Part shown: positions 52,125-61,499 of the stretch, in pieces
How positions within the stretch are numbered: position 1 is the first letter of the stretch
Layout of the letters: each line of letters begins with the position of its first letter
IMG/VR virus record: IMGVR_UViG_3300044910_000225
Span: 3,698-67,697 of that record
Source of the DNA: a virus
Direction: 5' to 3' (one strand)
Length of the DNA stretch: 64,000 nucleotides
Notes under the pieces: model-generated
What the model saw: the letters and a program-made list of their open reading frames with translations, nothing else
The model's database searches: none
What the model was told of the DNA's origin: nothing
Made by a program: the position numbers and the translations under genes

Positions 52125-53141
52125 TTAGAATGGTATGAATTCTGACTCTTTAAATATAAACTCTGTATTGCTAGGGATATGCACAGTTCTGTAGCTAGTA
52201 TAGTAAGGATTCTCTGCTGAAGCAGTTCTTTTCTCTACTGACCAATCAGCTGGTGGTTTGAATACACCAGAGGTGTCAGATATTAAGTTCTGTATGATTA
52301 GATGAGCATGCTCTCTGCTAATAGTATCTTCAGTACCATAATCTACTGTTGTAGTATATTGTGCTTCTCGTTGAATGACTTCCCATAGCTCATCTACTGA
52401 TGTAGCTTCTGATTGTGTCATAGACTTCTTCTTAGCTTCTGTAGCTTTAAGGTTAAGCTGCATATTAAATTCACGATATAGGTCTGTATGCTTATGGAAT
52501 ACAACATCATGGTAGATACAGTCTGAGATATCAAGCTGTGATAGCTGATGCATACGGATAGCATCCCTCATGGTAACTGTTGAGGTCACACCATGAGATG
52601 ATAGAATAGATCTTGCAATATCAGCATGTTCTACAATCTCAGGGGAAGTGAGTGAGAGTTCAAGCTCAGGGTCTCTATCAAGTGTGATGTGGAAGTATCT
52701 ATCAATAGTACTAAAGTCTAGTTTAGAACGTCCAGTATAAGTGGCATGAGCATCTGCTGGATTGGATGTAGCAATGAGTCTGAAGTCAGGATGCATCTTA
52801 ATGATACCATCAGGGAATGAAATGAATCCATTCTCTATGGTGTTCAAACAGAGAAGTACGTTAGGGTCAGCAGCATCAATCTCATCAAGGAGAAATACTT
52901 TACCGTTCTCAAATGCATCTCTGAATTGTGTAGGAATGTATACTCCGTTGATAGAGATGAAGCCAAGTAGAGCATTTACTGACATCTGCTTCGTACATGA
53001 TACTGACGAGAAGGGTAAGTCTAAATCTTCTGCTATCTGCATAGCCATAGTGGACTTTCCACTACCAGCAGGACCAGATAGAAGGACTGGCATACCTGAT
53101 GATACTACTTTTTTAACGTAGGAGTATTTACTGTGGTGCAT
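52125..53141 (-). CDS. MoxR/CobS-like AAA+ ATPase
   Basis: GPAGSGKS, FLLDEID, HPDFRLIATSN, IDRY. Confidence 0.9.
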   Translation of the reverse strand: MHHSKYSYVKKVVSSGMPVLLSGPAGSGKSTMAMQIAEDLDLPFSSVSCTKQMSVNALLGFISINGVYIPTQFRDAFENGKVFLLDEIDAADPNVLLCLNTIENGFISFPDGIIKMHPDFRLIATSNPADAHATYTGRSKLDFSTIDRYFHITLDRDPELELSLTSPEIVEHADIARSILSSHGVTSTVTMRDAIRMHQLSQLDISDCIYHDVVFHKHTDLYREFNMQLNLKATEAKKKSMTQSEATSVDELWEVIQREAQYTTTVDYGTEDTISREHAHLIIQNLISDTSGVFKPPADWSVEKRTASAENPYYTSYRTVHIPSNTEFIFKESEFIPF

Positions 53142-53808
53142 CTGAGCCTCCTAATGTGAATGGTTTAATAGATATTCTTCTAGAATAGTCAAAGATATGA
53201 TTATCTGAATCCTCAAGGTAATCATACATGTACTTACCAAGGCTACGTCGTACATCTAACTGAGACGTTACCATCTCTGGTACAAAGTTATCATGGATAG
53301 CAAAGATATCAGAATACTTCTCAGCAATGATATCATTACCATAGTACCAAAGCTTATATGCTGTGATGGATTTAGAGATAGGTCTAAGATCCCCTACAAG
53401 ATGATTCTCTTCCATCTCAGTAGCAGTCTCTCTATCAAAGAGTTTCCCCCATAGATCTGCTTTAACAGCACCTAACTGCTTCATCATGTAGTATGGAATG
53501 TACAACATATGGTCTACCCATAATGGTAGATCTGCTGGTGGTACTCGTAATGGAGATGCTGGCTGTGCTGAGGGGAGAACAAGAAGATCTTTAACAGCTA
53601 CATAAAGTTCAGTAGTTCTAGACTCGTAATTGTTGCACAGTTCTTTAGCTGCTTTGAAGTCTTCTCGTAACTGAAGTACAACAAACATATAGAATCTGAT
53701 CTCATCTACAGTGTATCCTGAAGTGGCTGTGATGTCATGATGACAAAGTGTACCCCAAATGGTAGCTGCATTAGGCTTGACTGTAGTGAATTGAAATAGT
53801 GGTTTCAT
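53128..53808 (-). CDS. Hypothetical protein
   Basis: 226-aa ORF with RBS. Confidence 0.65.
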   Translation of the reverse strand: MKPLFQFTTVKPNAATIWGTLCHHDITATSGYTVDEIRFYMFVVLQLREDFKAAKELCNNYESRTTELYVAVKDLLVLPSAQPASPLRVPPADLPLWVDHMLYIPYYMMKQLGAVKADLWGKLFDRETATEMEENHLVGDLRPISKSITAYKLWYYGNDIIAEKYSDIFAIHDNFVPEMVTSQLDVRRSLGKYMYDYLEDSDNHIFDYSRRISIKPFTLGGSDAPQ

Positions 53809-54014
53809 AGTAGGTTCCTTTTCTTGGTGTTGTGTATACTCAAAATAGCTTTGATATTTTTCGTCAAATGATACTTCTGCAAATGGGTGTCTGCTAGCTT
53901 GTTTAGCTGCTTCTTTGAGATCTTTCCACGTTAAGTCTATCTGCCATATGACTCCTTTGAAATATAATAAAGTATACCAATGTATACTATGGTATATCCC
54001 AAAAGGGATACACT

Positions 54015-54359
54015 TTAGATGTACTTACTGCTAGTTGTAACAGCAAGATTACAAAGGATAGGGCATACTGCAATGAGAGCCTCAATCTCTTTATCAAGGA
54101 CTGCTCCTTGTGTAGATTCACAGATCTCAACTGCTTCTACTGTAGCATCACGTACTGCTTTACCAGCGTATACTACTTTAGATTCTGCATCAAGATACTT
54201 GAAAGATACTGTACCTTCAGGTGTATTGACGTAAGGGATGTCAATCTCAACGTCTGAATTACCATACTCTTTACGAATACCAGCAACTAATGCTGTAAGG
54301 TCTGTTAGTTTGGCTTCTGCTGAAGCATCTTTGTTTTTAAGAATATCGTTGAAAGTCAT
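54015..54359 (-). CDS. Hypothetical protein with highly-expressed-type codons
   Basis: AGGAG RBS; followed by a hairpin at about 53992-54013. Confidence 0.65.
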   Translation of the reverse strand: MTFNDILKNKDASAEAKLTDLTALVAGIRKEYGNSDVEIDIPYVNTPEGTVSFKYLDAESKVVYAGKAVRDATVEAVEICESTQGAVLDKEIEALIAVCPILCNLAVTTSSKYI

Positions 54360-54668
54360 TTAAGACTCCTATAGTGGGATGGTGGATTGCTCCATATAAA
54401 AGTTTAGCATGGGAGCTTACCACATGCTGATTTACACTATCCTAAGAATCACCAGAGGAATCATGCACAGGAGCTTGCACCTGAATACATTTTCTACTTA
54501 AAGCCATATGAGTATGTTAAACTACTATCTGCAATGTGTGATCTGCTACATTTCGTTATCTGATATTCGTACTGAAGGTTCGGACTGATCAAGTCATACT
54601 AACTTACTGCCAGGTGTCTGATTCTCAAAGTAACCACCATAACAATCTCCGAAGAGAGTGCTAGGTGG

Positions 54669-56771
54669 TTAATGAGTGGAAGACCAATCAGGTCCAGATG
54701 TAGCATCAGCACGAATGGGAAGATTCATACTGAACTGCTGTGTGACCATAGCTGCTCCATCTTCAAGACACTGCATGAGAGTAGAGGTGTGCTGTGGTAA
54801 GACTGTGCACTGATATTCATCATGAATGTATGCTGACTGCCAATAGTCTCTTCCTAAGACGAGATCATTCTCTGCTGCAAGATGATGGTAGTTCACCATC
54901 CACTGCTTAGCGATGACACCAGCTGATCCCTGTAGGAGGAGGTTCAAAGCTGAGTGTGGAGATCTGCTGTATAGCAGACGACCATCAATAGCTTTAACAT
55001 ATCCTGTGTCTTTAGACTGTTTAGCACAATCAGCAATGAGTTCTTTGATTCCAGTCATACGTTCCAAGAAGGTGTCAGCAATACGTTTACCATAGATAGT
55101 CTTCAAGATGAGAGACTCATCATAGACAACATACTCATCCTTTTTAAGCGGGAACAATGTCATATCGTTGATTGTGACAAGACGCTTCTGAATACGTTCA
55201 TTAGCTAGATCATACTCTTCTTGAGCGTAGTCTGGTAGACAGTCATCAGACCATAGAGTATGACCACGAATGGTATCACCCTGACCATAGAGATATCCGA
55301 AGAAGAATCCCTTGGACTTAGCTCTAGCTTTCTTATGAATAGGATTATGTTCATCATAGTCAATGTCAGGTTTGATGAATCCAGCTATTCCAGCATGATA
55401 CCAATGCATGTCCTTCGATAGGACAGCTTCAGCATATACTCCACCATCATATGGATAGAGGTAGTGAGCAAGTACTCGTACTTCAATGTTAGCAAGATCA
55501 GCACCTACAAGTACCATACCAGGAGGAGCAGTATAAAGCTTTCTGAATGAAGGGTCTTGTGAAGTCTGAGCAACATTAGGTGAACTGTGGGTACAACGAT
55601 GAGTAGCTGCTCCAAGAGTATCAACTCTACCATGTACTGAATGAGAATGTTCTTTAACTATCTCAAGGATACCTCGTACTTCAGAGATATCTTTAGTAAC
55701 TTTTAGATAACGCATAAGGTCTTTAGCTGAATCACCAAGGAACTCAAGCTGATCACCATCTACCTTAGCATTACCTTTATCAGTATACGTACTGAATTCA
55801 AAATCATACTGCTGCTTAAGCCAATGACGAATCTTATGACGAGAACCTGGATCAAACTTCGTAAGCTCTACTGGAGTGTAATCACCACCACTGTAGTGTG
55901 TGTATACAATACGATGAGGTCTATCAAACCAAGCATACTTCTTGAAACGTATCTTCTTATTCTTCAGTATGGTGTACTGAAATGGATGATATGCTATAGC
56001 AGTGAGATACTGATAGTTCTCATCAGGAATATACTGCTTAGTCCTACGAGGCTTAGCAGGAGTAACGTCAGGACCTTTACGTAGAATCAAAGGCTTGAAT
56101 GTACGTGACAGTCTGATAGAGATACTAAGCTGTTCATGCATGAGCTTCTGCATCAAAGCTCTGCCATTATCTACGTCATAGTAGAAACCATAATGTACCT
56201 GCTGAGCAATGAGATATGCTACTTCATGCTCCAAGTCAATGACTGACTGAGACGGGAAGTTCTTAGCTGACAGCAAGTTCTGGTAAAGCTGATACGTAAC
56301 GTCTACGTCCTGAATACAATACTTCATCATAGAAGTAGTAAGTTTACTCCAATCAGAATGAGAACCTTTAGGATACTGCATACGATCACCAAAGGCTTCA
56401 AGTGAGAATGAACCATACTTTGATTTATTGAAGTCAGGTATGGTATAGTCAAGTTCTGATAGTTCATCCTTGGTGTAGATAAGCTTAGCAAGAAGCATAG
56501 TATCAAGACATGGAGTGTGGAGAGTTCCTAGTATGTTATTCACAACGATACAGTCAAAACCAATACCATTATGAGCTATAACGAGATCAACGCTATTAAG
56601 TACCTCTAATGCGTTCCTTAGAGTACCACTACTACCAGGAAGATAATGTGATGTATAGATCTGTGTAGGATTATCGTCTACTTTAATAGCAATACAATGG
56701 ATATGGTCTACAGCATATACACCTTCTACTGGGATGGCAGATGTTTCAATATCGAATACTGCTGTAGTCAT
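54669..56771 (-). CDS. Family A DNA polymerase (T7-like)
   Basis: Exo I DIET, motif A DLANIEVR, motif B KGFFFGYLYG, motif C IHDE. Confidence 0.95.
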   Translation of the reverse strand: MTTAVFDIETSAIPVEGVYAVDHIHCIAIKVDDNPTQIYTSHYLPGSSGTLRNALEVLNSVDLVIAHNGIGFDCIVVNNILGTLHTPCLDTMLLAKLIYTKDELSELDYTIPDFNKSKYGSFSLEAFGDRMQYPKGSHSDWSKLTTSMMKYCIQDVDVTYQLYQNLLSAKNFPSQSVIDLEHEVAYLIAQQVHYGFYYDVDNGRALMQKLMHEQLSISIRLSRTFKPLILRKGPDVTPAKPRRTKQYIPDENYQYLTAIAYHPFQYTILKNKKIRFKKYAWFDRPHRIVYTHYSGGDYTPVELTKFDPGSRHKIRHWLKQQYDFEFSTYTDKGNAKVDGDQLEFLGDSAKDLMRYLKVTKDISEVRGILEIVKEHSHSVHGRVDTLGAATHRCTHSSPNVAQTSQDPSFRKLYTAPPGMVLVGADLANIEVRVLAHYLYPYDGGVYAEAVLSKDMHWYHAGIAGFIKPDIDYDEHNPIHKKARAKSKGFFFGYLYGQGDTIRGHTLWSDDCLPDYAQEEYDLANERIQKRLVTINDMTLFPLKKDEYVVYDESLILKTIYGKRIADTFLERMTGIKELIADCAKQSKDTGYVKAIDGRLLYSRSPHSALNLLLQGSAGVIAKQWMVNYHHLAAENDLVLGRDYWQSAYIHDEYQCTVLPQHTSTLMQCLEDGAAMVTQQFSMNLPIRADATSGPDWSSTH

Positions 56772-56829
56772 AAGTCCTCCTATTTGTTAATGTATATAGC
56801 ATTATTCAGCTGCAGTCTAGTACGACTGT

Positions 56830-57753
56830 TTAGTAGTATTTCCATATGAAGCCTCCAGCTGTTTTTGCTTTTCCGTTACAGACCTTAGAGATGTTTCCAG
56901 ATCTAATGTTAGTAGCTTGTGAAGCCTCACTCATAGAAGTGAAGAGATTAATGACTTCTCCTTCTAATGATAATTGAAGTATAGGTTTAGGTAGGTACTT
57001 TGTATTCACGGTAACTATAACTTCTTCTGGGGACAAATAGCTCTTACTCCAAAAGAATCCATTGTGAGTATAGTAGTCTCCTCGTATGACACTACGAACT
57101 TTCATCTGTTCAAACTCAGGTTCAGGTATTTCTACTATAGAAGAGTACACTTCTACAATATCTCCTGTGATAGGATCATACTGAAATATCTCACATAAGT
57201 AAGACTCATTGACTATAAGAGGAGGTATGCTAGGTCCTTCATCTGTATATAACCATACATAACCATAAGCTGTAGGAATTTTACCTTGACAGCAACTTGT
57301 GATATTACGTTGATCTAATGTGGAGTCTTTTCTACAAGCTTCAGCAATAGAAAGATGCTTAGCAACAAATTTCCCAGAAGCTAAGTATTGATATACAGTA
57401 GTCTGGGTAGTATTTATGATGTTATTTTTAACATCTCTATTTGCTCGCTCTTTATTTACCTTCCAAGTGACTAGTTCAATGTTAGAGAATGAGTATCCTT
57501 TAGAATTATCTAGTCTATCACAAGATGGTCTAAAGTCAGATGTAAAGTTTGAATCAACCCAGTCATTATATAAAGCTTCAAAGTTTGGTTGGGATATAAG
57601 CCACTTAGTGAGTTCTTCTTTAGTATACAATGGAGGTATATGCCCTCTGCTTTTAGAGCTATAGCATTGATCATAGAATATTCTATAGCATAATCCTTTA
57701 GGTGTCCTTTCATAAGGTCTATTTACGTAACAGTCTGTAGTTCTTCTTTTCAT
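56830..57753 (-). mobile_element. Homing endonuclease (HNH-like domain plus three NUMOD1-like repeats)
   Basis: PSCDRLDNSKGYSFSNIELV; repeated ..AYGYVW/HNGFFW/AGGFIW modules. Confidence 0.8.
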
Positions 57754-57812
57754 GAGTATCCTTTGATTGAGTACCTAAGTATACTCTATGTTATATAAAA
57801 CTAGTCTTAATG

Positions 57813-59290
57813 CTACTTATTCAAGTATATAGCGTTGTTTAACTGTAATCGAGACCTGCTTGCGCAGACGTAATACAAACGTAGCTCTTCCTCTTCTGAG
57901 TGAGAGCGTTCTGATGGTTTCATCTCAAGGATGTCAGCAAGATCAAAGTCATGAGCTATGGTCACTGAATCAAAAGTAAGCCCCTTACTGCTGTGGCAGG
58001 TACTTAAGGTGATGAAGTGATCGTCAGGATGCTTCTCTGCCTGCTGAGCATGCTTGTATGCATCATAGATCTTAGATGCTCCATGTCTCATGATAGTCTG
58101 TGCTGCTGTCTTTATGTTACGGTCCTCTTCACCATGAAGCATAAGGATGTATGCAAGACAAGTACGATACTTCCCAGGTAGAGTCTTCGATGAATAGTAA
58201 TGATCAACATCCTTCTGAATATACTTCAAAGCATTGTCATATATTTTACAGTCCTTCTTCAAGTTCATCAGAGTAAGCATATTAGAGAATATCTCCTTAG
58301 CCTGTCTGGTGAGGTTGAATGGTGTATGCTGAGCAGTGAGGGTGATCATGTATTCAATGAGACCACTATTGGTACGAGAGATGATGGCTTCACTACGAAT
58401 GGTAGTGTCAGAATGATCTGTACCTTTGAATGCAATGGTATCATCAAGGTGACGATGGATGAAGTCCTCAATGCTACTAGCAATGGCTGTAGAGCAACGA
58501 AAGGACTGAGATAGGGTTTTGGTCACTCCAACATTAGCAAGAGCTTTAAAGCCATTAATGGTGTGATTAAAGCTATAGATATTCTGTAGTGGATCACCTA
58601 CCATGATCTTCAGGTTAGCTGGAAGTAATAGGAAGATCTCAAGAGTAACAGCGTTAATGTCTCCTGCTTCATCCAACATGATGACATCAAATGGAACATC
58701 ATAATGGATACAACCAAGATCAAGAAGCATATGATAAAGCTTCAGATAGAATGCATGAGTACATGGTATAGTCTTATTGACCATAGCATTGAAATATCTA
58801 GATATGATCTGCTGATTAGAAGGTTCATGTTCATCATAGTATTGCTGAAGAGTAGTGTATTTGGATAGACAGAATGCTTCTAGATGCTGAACTACTAATA
58901 CCTTATCATCATAGTCTATTCTCTCAGAGATGTCACGATATGTGAATGATGCAACTTCTCTCTTCTTCCCAACATCACCCTCAAGTGAAAGACCATGAGT
59001 AACGGTAGGAAGATATGCTAAAGAGTGGGTAGTCTTACATGCTACGTATGAAGGGAACTTAGACTTAGATTCATCAGCAATAGCTTTGTTGTATGCAAGA
59101 TAGAGCTGTGCAGTATGAGGCAATGACTCAGCTACTTTCAGTAGAGTATAAGTTTTAGAAGCTAAGCTCCCGCAACAGCTGATATTTTAAGTATGTTGCT
59201 AGTTGCGGGAATTCCTCCTGTGTTGGAGTTAGACAGTTGAATAGCTGTCTCTATAATAGATTCTTGTTCTTGTGTTAATTTGTACGGCAT
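57813..59290 (-). CDS. SF1 (UvrD-like) helicase; Walker A split across frames at 59160-59167
   Basis: LAYNK, LDEAGD, VGDPLQ, SQSFR, TCHSSKG, YVCASR; a 42-aa N-terminal ORF (59290-59162) ends SAVAGA-stop and SKT follows in another frame. Confidence 0.85.
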
Positions 59291-59925
59291 TTTGATTTTC
59301 CTGTTCCACCTAATCTGCTACCACATGATTGGCATACATGTTGTTTATCTTGATTTAACTGGTATCGTTCTTTACTAATAACTTTACCAGAATTACATAA
59401 TGTACAAGTACATTGTAACAATATACGTTTATGCCCTGTTACCCTGCTAATACGCTCTTTTACATAAGGCAATACTTTCAAGTATCCAAATACTTTATGA
59501 TAGTAATTTGTTTCAATATCCCGCATAGTTGTTTCATATTTAGCAGCAACAGAAGCTGCTTGAGCTTTACGAGTAGTCTCAGTAAGTCTGCCTTGTTTAC
59601 CAGCATGTAGCATATTCTCAGAGTGTGTAACCCATTCTAGATTAGATACATGATTATTAGTTCCATCATTATCAATATGATTTATATGCAACTTATTTTC
59701 TGGGTTAGGTATGAATGCTTTCGCCACTAATCTATGTACAGAAAAAGTAGTAGCTTTACCATACTTGCTTAGTGCAACTGTATGGTAAGACGTATGATTC
59801 TTTTCTTGTATATTTAGGTTTAAGAACTTTGCTGGCTTACCATCAAGAGGAGTAGAATAAACTCTCCCATAGTTTGATATCTGGTATCTGCCTTCATATT
59901 CTTCTATATCTTTAAACTCTTCCAT
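59275..59925 (-). mobile_element. NUMOD4-HNH homing endonuclease
   Basis: YQISNYGRV, VHRLVAKAF, INHIDNDGTNN. Confidence 0.9.
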
Positions 59926-59984
59926 GTGTATCCTTTTATTTATATAATAAGATTATAGCAGTAGCATCCTTAATGTTTCATTAT

Positions 59985-60080
59985 TTAAGCAACAGCTGAT
60001 ACCTTCAGGATAGATCCTACTGGTAATAACTGAGCTGTTTGTATGATGTCGTTCTGTTCATCAGTGAGAGTATATGACAT
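59985..60080 (-). pseudogene. Stranded original 5' end of the helicase
   Basis: MSYTLTDEQNDIIQTAQLLPVGSILKVSAVA-stop with RBS; paralogous to 59290-59162. Confidence 0.85.
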
Positions 60081-60098
60081 GAAGTTCCTTTATGGTAA

Positions 60099-60320
60099 TT
60101 AATAGACTGGACTATGAATAACATCATAATAACCCCAGTCATTGTATCGTTCAATACTAGCCCATTTACTTGCAGTTAATTCATAATAATCAGTATCTTC
60201 TGTTTTATGTTTAATCAACATACCTGGTTTAGGATAGCTTTCTTCTAAAGCATATAACTCATTCAGATGTTGTTGTGTTCTAATAATCTCAGTATGTAAA
60301 GAAGTAAAGTTATATCTCAT
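60099..60320 (-). CDS. Hypothetical protein
   Basis: ORF with AAGGA RBS. Confidence 0.6.
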   Translation of the reverse strand: MRYNFTSLHTEIIRTQQHLNELYALEESYPKPGMLIKHKTEDTDYYELTASKWASIERYNDWGYYDVIHSPVY

Positions 60321-60513
60321 AGCATAATCCTTATAGTTAATATGTTATCTACACTAGGCAGTCCTCTGTATTTATCGTCCATATATTACGTAATTCAGAC
60401 ACAGGCATTCAGGTTATATTCTATAGCTAATAGAAAGGATGGGAATATATAACTGTGATTCCAATGTAACTCACAGTACCTGTAGAGGACTATCTAGTGA
60501 AGATGGATGGTGG

Positions 60514-60590
60514 TGGTCTCATCTAGTGAACTCGAATCACTGACCTAGTCATTAGAAGTGACTTGCTCTATCCAACTGAGCTAAGATGAG
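60514..60590 (-). tRNA. tRNA-Arg(UCU)
   Basis: Cloverleaf CTCATCT/AGATGAG, anticodon loop CTTCTAA, T-loop TTCGAGT, encoded CCA. Confidence 0.92.
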
Positions 60591-60593
60591 ATA

Positions 60594-60669
60594 TGGTGGG
60601 CTAGGTAGGGTATGATCCTACAACCGCTCCCTTATGAGGGGAGAACTCTGCCAATTGAGTTACTAGCCC
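60594..60669 (-). tRNA. tRNA with CAU anticodon (Ile2 or elongator Met)
   Basis: GGGCTAG/CTAGCCC acceptor, loop CTCATAA, encoded CCA; atypical T-loop ATCATAC. Confidence 0.85.
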
Positions 60670-60931
60670 ACAAGCCATACGTGCATGCAGAGGTATGGCG
60701 TAGTACCTAGTATAAACTGCCTCATAGGTGAGAGTACTGCAAATGCTTTTATAGACTGCATTGCTTAGTCTTTATAGCAGTGGTCATACTTCCAATTATT
60801 ACACTGTTGTACAGCTTCCGTTAGTACTGTACATGAGAGATAGCTCTTACCTCAACTACAATCCATGAGTTCCTACACTCCGACTGCTGTCACCCTCTGT
60901 AAGTAGGTATCTGGTGACATGTAAATGAGGT

Positions 60932-61297
60932 TTAGATTATACCTCGTAATCTCTTAACAACATGTTTGATAAAAGGAATATTCCCTGTATCAGAACGTAT
61001 CATATTCCAGTCAGCTATGTCATGGAAGTAATAGAATGCCATAGTAAAGAGCTGAAGTCTGTTGTATCGTATGTTGTATGGTAAGTCTGTAAGATGAATC
61101 TCTAGTAGGATGTTAGCCATCTCTGCTGTATCATATATGGTGATGTTAGACTCAGGGTCTACAAGATCAGCATACAAACACACTTCTGCTTCACAGATGA
61201 AGAGGTCAGGATTAACAGTGATGTTCTTCAGGATGTATCGCTGAATATAACTGTAAAGAGTAAAGAGCTGTTTATCATACTTTTGTGTTAATTTCAT
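60932..61297 (-). CDS. Hypothetical protein
   Basis: Likely start MKLTQKY with AAGGA RBS. Confidence 0.6.
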   Translation of the reverse strand: MKLTQKYDKQLFTLYSYIQRYILKNITVNPDLFICEAEVCLYADLVDPESNITIYDTAEMANILLEIHLTDLPYNIRYNRLQLFTMAFYYFHDIADWNMIRSDTGNIPFIKHVVKRLRGII

Positions 61298-61499
61298 CGA
61301 AAAGTTCCTTCCAATGTTCGATAGCCTTAGAGATTTTATTGATACGAGAACTATCTCTCTCCATATACGGTACAAATAATAGATCATTGATGGTAGAGTC
61401 TGCTGCTTGAATCCTAGCAGTAAGCCAGTCTGAAGCAAGCATAGTGGTAGCATCAACATGATTGAAGTGGTGAGAGCAGTAGTATTGTAATGGTTTCAT
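61275..61499 (-). CDS. Hypothetical protein
   Basis: ORF with AAGGA RBS. Confidence 0.6.
   Translation of the reverse strand: MKPLQYYCSHHFNHVDATTMLASDWLTARIQAADSTINDLLFVPYMERDSSRINKISKAIEHWKELFDEINTKV

Noticed and set aside
54380-54630. tmRNA (TCCACCA 3' end and a short GCA-initiated frame)
   Set aside because: No T-arm next to the CCA and no GGGG-type 5' acceptor strand; kept only as an unknown structured RNA.
59165-59990. Group I intron interrupting the helicase
   Set aside because: No P/Q/R/S core; the space before the HNH holds only a promoter and RBS, and no G-terminated splice restores AVAGASKT.
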